Source of the DNA: Octopus vulgaris
Taxonomy: Eukaryota
NCBI GenBank assembly: GCA_951406725.2
Contig: OX597818.1
Span: 55,738,001-55,802,000 of the forward strand
DNA: 64,000 bases
Direction: 5' to 3'
This document shows, one piece after another, positions 12,528-25,460 of the stretch (the stretch's first letter is position 1; every line of letters begins with the position of its first letter). The translations under genes and the position numbers were made by a program. Below the pieces are notes generated by a model that saw only the letters and a list, made by a program, of their open reading frames with translations, made no database searches and was not told where the DNA came from.

Positions 12528-12799
12528 ATATACATTTGTTTTGTTTTGTTTTAACATTTCAAATAGGTTAATAATTTATATTTTTTTATTCATTATGTAT
12601 TGTTAAAGGTGCTGAATTATTTTAATATCTTGTGTGTGTGTGTGTGTGTGTGTTCTAAGACTAGTCGAGAGAGAGTGAAGCTTCAGCTTCAAATTAAGGA
12701 ATAAACTTTATGTATTGAGTACTTTTCCTTTCATACATACATCCAGCTGGATGTATGTATGTACATGTCTATGTATGTAGTATATGTATATGTGTGTAT

Positions 12800-13185
12800 G
12801 TGGAGGCACAATGGCCCAGTGGTTAGGGAAGCGGACTCATGGTTGTAATATCGCAGTTTCAATTCCCAGACTGGGCATTGTGAGTGTTTATTGAGCGAAA
12901 ACGCCTAAAGCTCCATGAGGCTCTGGCAGGGGGTGGTAGTGAACCCTGCTGTACTCTTTCACCACAACTTTCTCTCTTTCTTCCTGTTTCTGTTGTGTCT
13001 GTATTTCAAAGGGCTGGCCTTGTCACACTCTGTGTCACACTGAATCTCCTTGAGAACTACATTAAGGGTAGACCTGTCTGTGGAGTGCTCAGCCACTCGC
13101 ACATTAATTTCATGAGCTGGCTGTTCCATTGATCGGATCAGTTGAAACTCTCATCGTCGTAACTGACAGAGTGCCACGATGACGA
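12800..13185 (+). mobile_element. tRNA-derived SINE family E
   Basis: Collinear with the TSD-flanked copy at 22129-22516. Confidence 0.85.
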
Positions 13186-13279
13186 TATGTGTATATACAT
13201 ATGTAAGTTTGTAATTCTATGTGGGTTTGTGTGTGTGTATATACATACATGTTTGTGTGTGTGTATAATATATATATTG

Positions 13280-13641
13280 TGCTTAAGGAAACAAGTACAT
13301 CAACATCAAAATAAAAATCAAATGGAAATAGTAGTTGTGATACCCATGCCAGTGGTATATGAAAAGCCCTATCCAAATGTGGCCAATGCCAGCACCACCT
13401 TGACTGGCTTCTGTGCCGGTGGCACATAAAAAGCACCAACCAATCGTAGCCATTGCCAGCCTCCCCTAGCACCTGTGCTGGTGGCACGTAAAAAGCACAG
13501 AGTGATTGGCGTTAGGAAGGGCATCCAGCTGTAGAAACTCTGCCAAATCAGACTGGGGCCTGGTGTAGCCTCCTGGCTTCCCAGACCCCGATCGAACCAT
13601 CCAACCCATGCTAGCATGGAAAACAGACGTTAAACGATGAT
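13280..13641 (+). mobile_element. 5'-truncated RTE LINE 3' UTR (family D)
   Basis: GGCACGTAAAAAGCAC...GGCGTTAGGAAGGGCATCCAGCTGTAGAAAC...CCAACCCATGCTAGCATGGAAAACAGACGTTAAACGATGAT; the same UTR follows the RTE ORF at 23010-23716. Confidence 0.85.
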
Positions 13642-16580
13642 ATATAATGTGTGTGTGTGTATAATATATATATAATGTATGTGTGTGTATAATATATATA
13701 ATGTATGTGTGTGTATACTGTTTTACATATGTATAAAACAGTAATGTTTTAAGGATAAATTACTATGACTTTTTATTGTCAGCTCTAATTTATATGAACT
13801 ATCTTAGAGCTGAAAATAGATCTTGGTTATTCTAGCATCTTAACAGATATCCTGGCTAAAAGAGTTTTTATCTTCATGTTCAGGATAAGAAAATTGAGAA
13901 TATATACAAATTCAGACACACACGCATGCACGCACGCTCGTGTGCACACAAACACACACACACACACACACGTATGTTCATCTGTACTGTTTTATAAAAG
14001 TATAAAAGCTAAAATGTCACAGATTTTGAAACTGATAAACCAGTAATAAACATAAACAAACTGGACAGTGTAGGACTGATAGACATAGTTTTGTCTGAAT
14101 TTCAGTTTTGATAAAAAAAAATATAATTTTAAAAATCATAGTTCCATGTTGGATATTAATCTGGTTATATTGTCATTGGCCAAGATTTGGTTAACAATTG
14201 GTAGAAAGAATTGGTGTAATTAAGTTCTTAGTTTGGGTTTTGGGGGGTTTTTGTTTTTATACAGATTGAATTGACTACTATGTTCCATTTGTTATTTAGA
14301 TGTTTGAATTGTAGGAAATTTAATCCCTGACTCTACAGAAAATGGTTCTGGTATGTTTATCGTAGATGTAACTGTAATTTTCTTTGTGAGATTCTGTCAT
14401 TTTGATGGCTGACATAAGATTTCTATGTGATTTGAGTAAATTCAGCTGCATCATATTCAGCTTAAAAGAAAGACATATTTCTCAGCTAATGATGGTTAAT
14501 CTCTTTATCTGTAAATCTTACTTCCTTGACATTTGTGCATTATAAAAACAACATTTTGTCCATAATTGCTCCATCTGTATAACAGATGAGCCACACTATC
14601 AGGAGAATTATATAGATTCTTTATGAAACATATTTGTCTTCAAATTCTCAGTTGCTTTTCATTTCTTTTTTGTTTAACATGATACTTTCTACACCCAAAT
14701 TTATCATTACTGTTTTAACACAAAACAAAAAAAAAATCCCCCAAAACACATCATGTATATTATATAACAATTGTGTTCTTACCAAAAAAAATTTTTTTAT
14801 TCTGATGCAATTAAAATATAACATTGCTTCATTTAGTAAAAAAAAAACTTTGTATAATTTGGATATTTATAAAAAACATTTTTGATAACATATTTTTCAA
14901 TGACTTTTATATCATTTTTACTACTCTCAGTTATTTACCTACAGCCACGCTGATGCCACCTTTAGGGGTTCTAGTTGATTATATTTTGCTTGATATTTAT
15001 TTTACTGATGTTATAAGAAATGAAAGGCAAACACAAAGGATGGTAACTTGGTTGGAACTAAATACCACAAAGTGTTTTGTTCTCCCATTGCTAATGATGA
15101 TGATGGTGATGGATCTTTTGTTTGTTTCAGAAATGAACTTTTAGTTGTTTAATCTACTGAACTATCTATTTACTAAATTAACGTGGGTAGGTGTCTGAGT
15201 ATTCCACATATACTTCTAAAAGCAATTCTCAGGCTTAATCATTAAGATACAGAGTTGCTCTTTGAATTACAGCTACAGTCCATATGATACATTCTCACAC
15301 AATTGCCATCACCCAAATTTCACTCGCAGTGCTTGAGTTAAGCTGAAGCTATGGTAGAAGCTGCTGCTCAACAGGATTGAACTCAAGACCCTTTGATTGC
15401 AAAGCCAACTTTTTAACCACTTGGTCATGCTACAGTGATAAGAAGAAAACATTAAAACAGAAACAAAACTACTAAAATAAGTACTGAGGTTAGTATGTGA
15501 CAAGGTCCTTTGAAATACAGGTACTACTCATTTTTGCTGGCTGAGTCGACTGGAGCAATGTGAAATAAAGTGTCTTGCCTGAGGATACAACACCTTATTG
15601 GATATTGAACTCATGACCTTATATTCATAAGCCAAATACTCTAACCACTTAGTCACATGCCTTCACATGGATACCTGGATAAAGTACTTAGGTCAGTTGA
15701 TCCACAGTACCTTTCTTCCCAAATCAGTACCCAAAATTCCATGCAAAAGGTTTTTGGTTGGCCTGAGGCTTGAACAGAAGGCACTTGTCTAAGATGCCAT
15801 GTACAGTGAGATTGAACCTAGGACTTCTTATATTTGTGAAGAGAAAATCTTAATCATTTGGTCATACCTACATTCATAATCTCTCTCTCTCTCTCACACA
15901 CACACATGCACACACACACATGTACTGACATACACAATGGATGGAAATGAGGTGAGCATAGTCTGCTAGTTGAATTGAAATTAAAAGCTGGGTATAAGAG
16001 GAATTAGATGCAATGTAGAACTGATTGTCTCAGGAGGTAGTTTGACATGCCAAGTGAAGGAAGAATGACTTTGTGAGAGAAAACAAACTACAGCCAACTA
16101 GTGGAAATGCTGGCAAGTGAACAGCTAGCACTTGGTGGGAATGGAAGCTGGGCAAAGTAGAAATGCCTTGATTGATTGATTGAGAATCAGAGTTGCAGGT
16201 CCCAAAGTGACACCCAATAAATGCGGATGTAGCTCTTTCAGTGATATTATCACTGTAACACATAATCACAGTTTATAGAATGTCTCTTAAGATGTCCTCT
16301 ACTCTCAAGGACCGAGTACATTTGCTGAGTTTGCAATGTACAATGAAAATGCAGAGAAATGGGTTTGGTTTTGGCTGAGCATAATTTAGCTGGACATGAA
16401 GTGAACTTTACAAAGAGAATACTAGACAACAGAAAACAGCCAGCAATGAGAGGGAGAGAGAGAGAGAGCGGGAGGGGATTAGCAAATGTGAGAAAGAAGG
16501 CAATAGAAAGGGAAGCTGCCATTGAGAAGGGAGGAGATGGGGTGATAACCGGATTTATTCAATGCTTTGAATGAAATGGT

Positions 16581-16630
<50 letters not shown>

Positions 16631-17077
16631 ATGTATGTATAAATAAACAAAAGAATGTAGAAAGGATGGTAGAATCATTAGCACATCAGGCAAAATACCT
16701 TTTGGGGTTTTTTTTTTTTCCAGAGGTTTTTTATATCTATATGAGTTCTAATCCTGCTGAGGATAACTGCCTTTCATCCTTTCGGGGTTGATAAAATAAA
16801 GTCCCATTAAATTAATCCCGCCCCAGAACTAGAGGCAATTAATTGATTAACCTGCTCCCTCCGAAATTTCTTACCGTTCTCACATTTTCTTAGTAACTAG
16901 AGAAAGAAAGAATAAGACAAGTTTAGAGAGAGAGAAAGATGGAATTTTAGTTTGTTGTCCAGTAGTAACTTTATCTATTGCATTCTGTTCTATTTGTTTA
17001 GTTTGTTTGTTTTTTGCTTCCCCCCTTTTTTTTTTAACATTATTATTATTATTTAACATTATTATTATTGATTATTG

Positions 17078-17297
17078 AAGGTGGCCAGCTGGCAGAATCA
17101 TTAGCATGCCAGGCAAAACGCTTAGCAGCATTTCGTCTGCCGCTATGTTTTGAGTTCAAATTCTGCCAAGGTTGACTTTGCCTTTCATCTTTTCAAGGTT
17201 GATGAGATAAGTACCAGTTATGCACTGGGGTCGATATAATCAACTAGCCCCCTTCCCCCAAACTTTTCAAGGCCTTGTGCCGAGAGTAGAAATAATT
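17078..17297 (+). mobile_element. SINE family B monomer with tail-2
   Basis: Head and core followed by CCCCCTTCCCCCAAAC...GGCCTTGTGCCGAGAGTAGAAA. Confidence 0.85.
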
Positions 17298-17304
17298 ATT
17301 TTGC

Positions 17305-17548
17305 ATCTGTGCCTGTGGCATGTGTAAAGAGATTTGAGTGAGGTCGTTGCCAGTACCACCTGACTGGCACATAAAAAGCACCCACTACACTCTCGGAGTG
17401 GTTGGCGTTAGGAAGGACAACCAGCTGTAGAAACTCTGCCAGATCAAGATCGGAGCCTGGTGCAGCCATCTGGTTCGCCAGCCCTCAGTCAAAATCGTCC
17501 AACCCATGCTAGCATGGAAAGCGGACGTTAAACGATGATGATGATGAT
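17305..17548 (+). mobile_element. RTE LINE 3' UTR fragment (family D)
   Basis: Family D 3' end with (GAT)n tail. Confidence 0.85.
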
Positions 17549-18252
17549 TATAAAAGGTAAAATGCTTGATGAACTCTTTGTACTATTGAGTTGCATTTCC
17601 TTACATTGTGAGTTCAGATCCCATTGGAATTGTCCTTTTATTTTCATCATTGAGAGTTGACAAAATAGACAACTGGCTAAACTAACACTCCATCAGTTAC
17701 AATGATGAGGGTTCCAGTTGATCCGACCAACAGAACAGCTTGCTCGTGAAATTAACATACAATTAACGAGTACTCCACAGACATGCGTACCCTTAATGTA
17801 GTTGTCAGGGACATTCAGCATGACACAGAATGTGACAAGGACCCTTGAAATACTACAGGTACTATTCATTTTTGCCAGCTGAGTGGACTAACATGAAATA
17901 AAGTGTCTTGCCTGAGGATACAACACCCTACTGAATATTGAACTCACGACTTTATGTTCATGAGCCAAGTAGACTAAACCACTTAGTCACACACCTTCAC
18001 ATGGAAACTTGGATAAAGTACTTAGGTTAGTTGATCCACAGTGCCTTTCTCCCCAAATCTGTGATCTTATCCCTTAGTTAAAAACCACTATCTTGTTTTC
18101 AGCAATTTTATATGTGCATCTACTGCACCACCAGATGCATCTGAGTTCTTGAGGTGTGTGCAGCATTGTCCTTTTAAAATGTAAAATTGGGGTTGTATTC
18201 TTTTTTTGCTTTGTTGCAGGCTTTCCTTTGTCATTTCTGGCATTACTTCAGT

Positions 18253-18534
18253 CAGTGGCAGACTGGCCAGGTTACCAGCTTGCCCGATGGCAAGTGGGCC
18301 CCTACACTATTAGAATCCATATATGGGGGCCCATGTTAGTATCTAAGGGGCCCATCCCCTCAAGTTTGACATTTTTTTATTTCTGGAAGAATGCATTAAT
18401 TATTTCAGCCTGGCCGTGTTTTTAGACAGTTGAAAAGAATACTTTTAACAAAAACAAAAAAAAACAAATTGTAGTTGAGGGTGGGCCCCCTTAGTCTCCT
18501 GGCAACCAATATTTTTAGACAGAGTCCGCCACTG
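18253..18534. mobile_element. hAT-superfamily MITE
   Basis: TIRs CAGTGGCAGACT / AGTCCGCCACTG; perfect 8-bp TSD ACTTCAGT (18245-18252, 18535-18542). Confidence 0.9.
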
Positions 18535-18688
18535 ACTTCAGTGTTTTGTCACTTGTATAGACCGAGTTCAGTGTGAGTTGTATTATTTACTTGGTTGGCG
18601 ATTGTGTTTTCTGTGTGTTAAGTGATTAATATCAGACTGGGACTTTATAGATTATGTGCTGCATGGGTCGTACTATATATTTCATTAT

Positions 18689-19068
18689 CTTTTACTTGTT
18701 TCTGTCCTTGTACTGTGGCCATGTTGGGGCACAATCTTGAATTGGTCTAATTGAACAAATTGACCTCATATTTGTTTTCCTTAAGTCTCTTGCTTATTCA
18801 ATCAGTCACTTTTGCCAAACTGCTAAATTCAGGGGATGTAAACAAACCAACACTGGTTGTCTATTGGTGGCTGGTGGGTGTGATAAATACTTATATACAC
18901 ACACACACATATATATGATAGGCTTCCTCACAGTTTTGTTTACCCAATTTACTTACAAGTACTGGTCGGCCTGGGGCTATTGTAGAAGATACTTGCTCAA
19001 GGTACCACTTAGTGGGACTGAACCAAAACCATATTTTTGAAAAGCAAGCTTCTTAACCATTTAGCCGT
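18689..19068 (-). mobile_element. Degenerate SINE family A
   Basis: Collinear with family A, reverse strand. Confidence 0.75.
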
Positions 19069-20583
19069 TGTGTAGAAAAGCCAACTGTGTGAGTTGTGTA
19101 AAGTATATGTCGTCACAGTTTTGCTATGTGCTATATTGTCTGGTATTAATTGTACAGAGTAGTTTTTACTCTTTATTTTTATTATTACTTTCTTTTTAGT
19201 TGAAATAAGCTGGAAAGAAATATACTAATTGTCTAGACAAGCATATAACACCCCATTCTCTGAGATGACAAAGTACTTTAATTTGATGGGGAAAAACATT
19301 TTATGTTTTGCTCTACAAAGAATATGTTTATATGTATACATATACATATATATATATAAAATACAAAATGGGACGAGAACGCAAAACATCCAGACAGTTA
19401 GGTGATACAAAATTGGGACAACAAAATATCAAGGTAGACGATACAAAGAAAACAGGGACGGGTCATTCGAAGTTTTCTTTCCTCAGTCAAATACCAGATT
19501 ATCTTCGCAATTTCGGCTGATTATACTTGAGATTGCTCCAATCTGGCCAGCCCCAAGGAAAAACTAAGCTAAGAGCATTAGAGTCCTTGGAAGAAAGCAG
19601 TAAATGTATACAAAAACAAGGACGAAAAAAATGGACAATGTTACACGAATATATATATATATACATACACGCACGCACACACATTTTGAAAGTTTCTCAA
19701 TAAATTTATATTTCTAATAATTTTAATATGTAAAGAATAAGAACAAAATATTTGTGCTATAGGATTGTGATAGTGTCACAACATATATCAAATGTTACCA
19801 TTTGTCTTTTTTTTGTTTTTATTTTTTTGAAAACTATTTCAAAGATAAAATATAAAGTATGCCAGATGATCATTTGTATCTAAATTGTAAGCTAAGGAGT
19901 AAATTATTTATATTTCAAACACTATATCTGTTTATTTCAGAGATGACACTTCAGTTTTTTATCAACATATCTAGTTAGTCATATCTGATTAAATATTACA
20001 TTTATCTGTCTTTTATGATAAGAGTATCTCTCATAGCCTCTTTTTAAATATTCTGTTAAAGTGTTGCTTCTATTCCGCTTCATGATTTACATTTCAGCTT
20101 GCAGCATATAAAATTTAGTCAACTTCAGCAGCATACAAACTTAACCCATTCTAATCCCTGTTAATTCTCCGTTCGTCATGATATCAAGATCTAAGTAACA
20201 TCAGAATCCTTATATCAATGTAGTGTGTACTTTGTTCCCAGGTGATTTATCACAAAACGCCTACAACTTCCTCATTTTCAAATGTATATATTCTGAAAAG
20301 TAGAACAGAAACTACTAAGCAGTAACTTTTTTTTTAATCTCAGATTAATTTTATTATTGACTATGACTTACTACAATTCATCCTAATGCTTCGATATAAA
20401 AAGACAATTCTGAATTTACACTGAAAAATTCTCATTAATAATACCCACTGTATTCTATCTGCATCATCCTTAAGTTATTATTGATGCTGGTGCCATGTAA
20501 AAAGCAGTGGTGATGACATACATATTCATTCTTTCTACATTCTGGCAGACTCATATGTTTAAATTTGGCAGAATGTATTAAGA

Positions 20584-20996
20584 ATCTTTTCTACTCTAGG
20601 CACAAGGCCTGAAATTTTGGGGAATGGGGACAGTCAATTAGACCGACCCTAGTACACAACTGGTACTTAATTTATTGACCCCGAAAGGATGAAAGGTAAA
20701 GTTGACCTTGGCAGAATTTGAACTCAGAACGTAAAGACAGATGAAATACCTATTTCTTTACTACCCACAAGGGGCTAAACACAGAAGGGACAAACAAAAA
20801 CAGACAAACAAGGACAGACAAATGGATTAAGTCAATTATATCAACCCCAGTGCGTAACTAGTACTTGTTTATTTGACCCCGAAAGGATGAAAGCAAAGTT
20901 GACCTCGGTAGAATTTGAACTCAGAACATAAAGACAGATGAAATACCGCTAAGCATTTTGCCCAGCGTGCTAACGTTTCTGCCAACTCGCCACCTT
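20584..20996 (-). mobile_element. SINE family B dimer (head, core, tail-1, core, tail-2)
   Basis: Two cores joined at AAAGAAATA|GGTATTTC; 12-bp TSD AGAATGTATTAA (20570-20581, 20997-21008). Confidence 0.9.
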
Positions 20997-22128
20997 AGAA
21001 TGTATTAAAAATGAGTATGGATGTCATTGTTTTGATTTTTCGTCTGCTTCTGATGGTTTATTATTATTAAATTTACTTAATCCAAATGTCTTATTTTTTA
21101 CTCAATCTGGCTACTGTCCTCTTATATTTTTCTTATTGTATGGTAAAGGGAAAAACATTTGAAAGAAGGGTCCATTGTTCACTTTCTGGTTTATTAGTAT
21201 TGTGGTAAGTCCATAGTCAAATTACTTAATTCTTGCTGGCACAATACACTTAGAAATAAATGGCTATCATGTCTAGATACAGATCCATGTTATTGTTGTC
21301 TAGAAGCAGACCTGTGCAGTAAGGCATTCCTACTATGACCATACCATCTTATTTGGGATATATAGGACCACATATCTAATGTGCTCTTTCCTTTAAGATG
21401 TGATACAGTGTAATTTGAGGAATATTTTGATGCTATTTCTAACAGGTTGAGACTCCCTCATTGGTTCTCTGGAGTTGTTTAGTTTCCTATGTTTGTCTCT
21501 TCATGAGTGGACAATGGCAGACCATTTTATAGTAGCATTTGCAAGAGATTCTAAAATTGGCAGGATCTTAAGGAGTTCAATCTCCCAGAGAAACCATCTA
21601 CTAAGAAAGAAAGCTGTACATATGAATGTGTTGTGCAAAGGCTTCGTTGTTAATATCCTGGAATACTTAGTCACATGGTTATAAGATCAAACCTTACGGC
21701 AACCATTTTGTTGTGCTTCTAAGCATGATATACATTTTACTTGCATCAGTTGAGCTACTGATAACATCACCCATTCCTACATCTCAGTTTTCTAGTTAAT
21801 ACTAGAAAGGGTGTCCAGCTGTTAAAACAATTGTTCCACCAAATTCCACCCCATCCCTCATTTTTATAAAAAAAAAAAAGTAACAAATAGTATTGACTGC
21901 AGTAAAATAAATTACTGAGGAGTAAATATGATATCCAGAGCTAGTTGTAAAGATACTGGTAGCATCAGTGTCATAAGAGTTAATATTAGTCTCTCATTTT
22001 GCTAAGCAGGTTATCCTCAATGAATGCCATAGTAGTGCCATGTTCAATAGTTATAGAAGTTGAAATGATATACTAAAAATGATGAAAAGGATGGCTCTAG
22101 TAATAAATATGGTAGTTACAGGAAATCT

Positions 22129-22516
22129 GTGGAGGCGCAATGGCCCAGTGGTTAGGGCAGCGGACTCGCGGTCATAGGATCGTGGTTTCGATTCCCAGAC
22201 CGGGCGTTGTGAGTGTTTATTGAGCGAAAACACCTAAAGCTCCACGAGGCTCCGGCAGGGGATGGTGGTGTTCCCTGCTGTACTCTTTCACCACAACTTT
22301 CTCTCACTCTTACTTCCTGTTTCTGTTGTACCTGTAATTCAAAGGGCCGGCCTTGTCACTCTCTGTGTCACGCTGAATATCCCCGAGAACTACGTTGAGG
22401 GTACACGTGTCTGTGGAGTGCTCAGCCACTTACACGGTAATTTCACGAGCAGGCTGTTCCATTGATTCGGATCAACCGGAACCCTCATCGTCGTAACCGA
22501 CGGAGTGCTTCCAACA
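22129..22516 (+). mobile_element. tRNA-derived SINE family E, young full-length copy
   Basis: A box TGGCCCAGTGG, B box GGTTTCGATTCC, (CAA)n tail; 11-bp TSD ACAGGAAATCT (22118-22128, 22517-22527). Confidence 0.93.
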
Positions 22517-22568
22517 ACAGGAAATCTTGCTGTTTTTGAAATTAAGAGGGGTGTAAGTGTAAGACACA

Positions 22569-22864
22569 GTGGAGGCATATGGCTTAGTGGTTAGAGCAGC
22601 AGACTTGCAGTCAAGGCATCGTGGTTTCGAATCTCAGACTGGGTGATGTGTGTGTTTATGAGCGAAGCACCTAAGCTCCCCGTGGATCAGGCAGAAGGCA
22701 ATCGCGAACTTCACTGACTCTTTCGGCACAGCTTTCTCTCAATCTTTCCTCCTGTATCTAGCAGCTCACCTGTGATGGACCGGCGTCCTGTCCAGGCGGG
22801 GAACCTATATGCCAATGAAACCGTCCCTTATGAGCCAGGCATGACTTGAGAAGGAACAAACAAC
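22569..22864 (+). mobile_element. tRNA-derived SINE family F
   Basis: tRNA-like head related to family E with a different body, CAA tail, imperfect TSD AAGTGTA.GACA.AG; second copy at 42603-42905. Confidence 0.85.
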
Positions 22865-23009
22865 AAGTGTATGACATAGAATGTTATCCATATGCATGTT
22901 CTTATATAGAAACAAATAGTTGCTACATCAAATGGCTATTTTTCCCTTTGCTTTTAATATAACCACATAAACACAAAAAAACATTTTGATTACACATCAT
23001 CTCGTCATA

Positions 23010-23716
23010 TCATCATCATCATCATCATTTAATATCCGCTTTCCATGCTAGCATGGGTTGGGCGGTTTGACTGGGGACTGGCTAGCCAAGAGGCTGAACC
23101 AGGCTCCAATCTGATCTGGCAAGGTTTCTACTGCTGGATGCCCTTCCTAACGCCAACCACTCCAAGAGTGTAGTGGGTATTTTTTACGTGCCACCGGCAC
23201 AAGAGCCATTCAGGCAGCACTGGCATCAGCCACGTTCGGATGGTGCTTTTTATGTGCCACCAGCACAGGAAGCCAGTCATGCGACACTGGTATCAGCCAC
23301 AACTACAATTTCCATTTTGATTTTGATTTAATTGAGATTCTGATTGTAATTTTGATTTTACTTGACTCGATAGGTTTCCTCAGCACGGCATGTTGCCCAA
23401 TGATTCAAAGGTACTTTTTAAATAGACTGGTTATGCAACATTGGTATAGGCTACGTCTGTGATCTCACTTTACTTGCCAAGTCTTCTCAGTCACAGCATA
23501 TCTCTTGTCATTGCTTCTGCACATTCAAAGGTCGTGCTTCACCACCTCATCCCATGTCTTCCTGGGTCTCCCTCTTCCACAGGTTCTTTGCACTATTAGG
23601 GAGTGACACTTCTTCACACAACTCTCCTTATCCATACGCAGCACATGCCCATACGAGCGCAGTCGTCTTTCTTGCACACCACATCTGATGCTTCTTATAG
23701 CCAATATTTCTCTCAT
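23010..23716 (-). mobile_element. 5'-truncated RTE-clade LINE (ORF C-terminus, 3' UTR and (GAT)n tail)
   Basis: ORF 23525-23716 encodes RRLRSYGHVLRMD...GRGRPRKTWDEVVKHDL, the characteristic RTE C-terminus, followed by the family D UTR. Confidence 0.88.
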
Positions 23717-24000
23717 GTAAAGTAAATCAATGAATTAAAATGTACAATGCAAATCTTTTTATAAAGTATTAATTAGTGAATGTTTCAAAGTGTGTGAGTG
23801 TGTGGTTGGCATTTGGAAGGGTATCCAGTTGAATAAACCATACCCAAACATTGGAGCTCAGTGCAGCCATCTGGCTCATTGGTTTCTGTCAAATTGTCCA
23901 ACCCATGCCAGCAAGAAAAAAGGGACTTTAAATGATAATGATGATGATGATAGTACCTCAAAAAAAGATCATAAAATAAGAAAAAGACAAATAGATATTC

Positions 24001-24171
24001 TTTTATTCTTTTCAGTCATTTGACTGGCAGCCATCACTTTAAAGGGTTTTTCGTTAGTTGAAGAAATCGACTCCAGGACTTCTTTTTTAAGTCTAGTACT
24101 TATTCTATAGGACTCTTTTGCCAAATTGCTAAGTTATAGGGACAACATCAGTTGTCAAACAATGATGGAAG

Positions 24172-24219
<48 letters not shown>

Positions 24220-24365
24220 TATATGTATATATAAATATATGCTGGGCTTCTTTCAGCCCAAGGCTATAGTAGAAGACACTTCCCCAAGGTGCCTTGCAGT
24301 GGGACTGAACCCAGAACCATGCGGTTGGGAAGAAAGCTTCTTAACACACAATCTTGCCTATGCCT
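24001..24365 (-). mobile_element. Degenerate SINE family A
   Basis: Collinear with family A, with an internal deletion and a (CA)n tract. Confidence 0.7.
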
Positions 24366-24526
24366 ATTATTGAAATTTACTGAATAAGTTTTTTCTAATT
24401 TCAGAGTTGATATTAACAAATATTAAAACGTGCACTTAGCATGGTTTTGAATAAATTCTTTCAATTGTGAATGTTTGGTTTGCTATGAATTATTTTAGCA
24501 TACTATAAATGTTCTCCATATACATA

Positions 24527-25104
24527 ATAATAATGTTCGTCCTTCGGTTCGAAGATGACCAACTGACATCATCTGATGGAACTGCCGCCATTAGACCGGA
24601 GGTGGCTGGTGAGGCCAATCCGGGCATGGAAGCCCCTCCCACAGGTGGGGCAGAAGTGGGTAGGGGCAGTGCTACTGGTGCAGGCGGCTCTGACTTTACG
24701 CATCTGACGTTTCTGCTCCGCTGACCAAATCCGTCCCTCCTCGGCTGTCCCTGCTCCCATGGTGATTGCGCTGCGCCAGGATGAGCGGTTGGCAGCAAGT
24801 GTCTCCCAGGTCTCTGTTCCGATGGAGAAGTCTTTGAGAGAGACCTTGAGACTATCCTTGTAGCGCTTTTTCTGCCCTCCGACTTTGCGCCTGCCCTGGC
24901 CGAGTTCACGAGCGCCAGATAAACCACTTCCATCTCAGGTGTCTTCGGAATCTCCTTCACATCCGCTGGCAGGACAAAGTCCCAGACACGGAAGTTCTGA
25001 AGCAGGCAGATCTCCCTAGCACCATCACAATCATGCGCAAGGCCCAGCTGAGATGGGCGGGCCACGTCTCCCGCATGTCCGACACTCGCATCCCAAAACA
25101 GCTC
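24527..25104 (-). mobile_element. Young GC-rich RTE-clade LINE 3' fragment with 5' inversion
   Basis: Minus part encodes ELGQGRRKVGGQKKRYKDSLK...CPTCGRGFHARIGLTSHLRS (CCH zinc-finger-like end) plus a (TTA)n tail. Plus part 24907-25107 encodes HERQINHFHLRCLRNLLHIRWQDKVPDTEVL...QLRWAGHVSRMSDTRIPKQLF. 15-bp TSD TTCTCCATATACATA at 24512-24526 and 25105-25119. Confidence 0.93.
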
Positions 25105-25340
25105 TTCTCCATATACATACAGTTATTGTAAATCATCAAAAATGCATAAAGTTTAAAATATTTTAAAGCTAGATATCAGTTTTAAATATTAGCATTGACA
25201 GTTTCAAAACAAAAGTATATATGTAACATAATATTCATTGATAATGCTTAAATTTCATATTGCAAACATATGTTTTTTTTAAATATGTTTCCATTGTTGA
25301 TCCTTTAAAATCTGATTCTTATTTACGAGAACAGTCAGAC

Positions 25341-25460
25341 CTCTCTCTTGTCTTGTTCATTAAATCTTCCTGAGTTCTCTCTCAGAAACTTTTGCCAATC
25401 TTTGTTTGAGAGAATATCATTGACGAGGCTGCAAATGGCAATGAAGAGACTTTCACAAAC
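25341..25460 (-). CDS. Candidate antisense exon (VCESLFIAICSLVNDILSNKDWQKFLRENSGRFNEQDKRE)
   Basis: 120-nt phase 0-0 open frame between TAG acceptor and GAG|GTCTGA donor; weak polypyrimidine tract; no homology recognised. Confidence 0.25.

Noticed and set aside
15950-16560. Possible Penelope GIY-YIG remnant on the minus strand
   Set aside because: Could not recover diagnostic motifs in any frame
22129-22205. tRNA-like sequences at SINE heads
   Set aside because: They continue into SINE bodies with TSDs and lack a proper acceptor stem; not functional tRNA genes
24490-25065. 191-aa minus-strand ORF
   Set aside because: Crosses the inversion junction and is not the RTE reading frame; a by-product of high GC content
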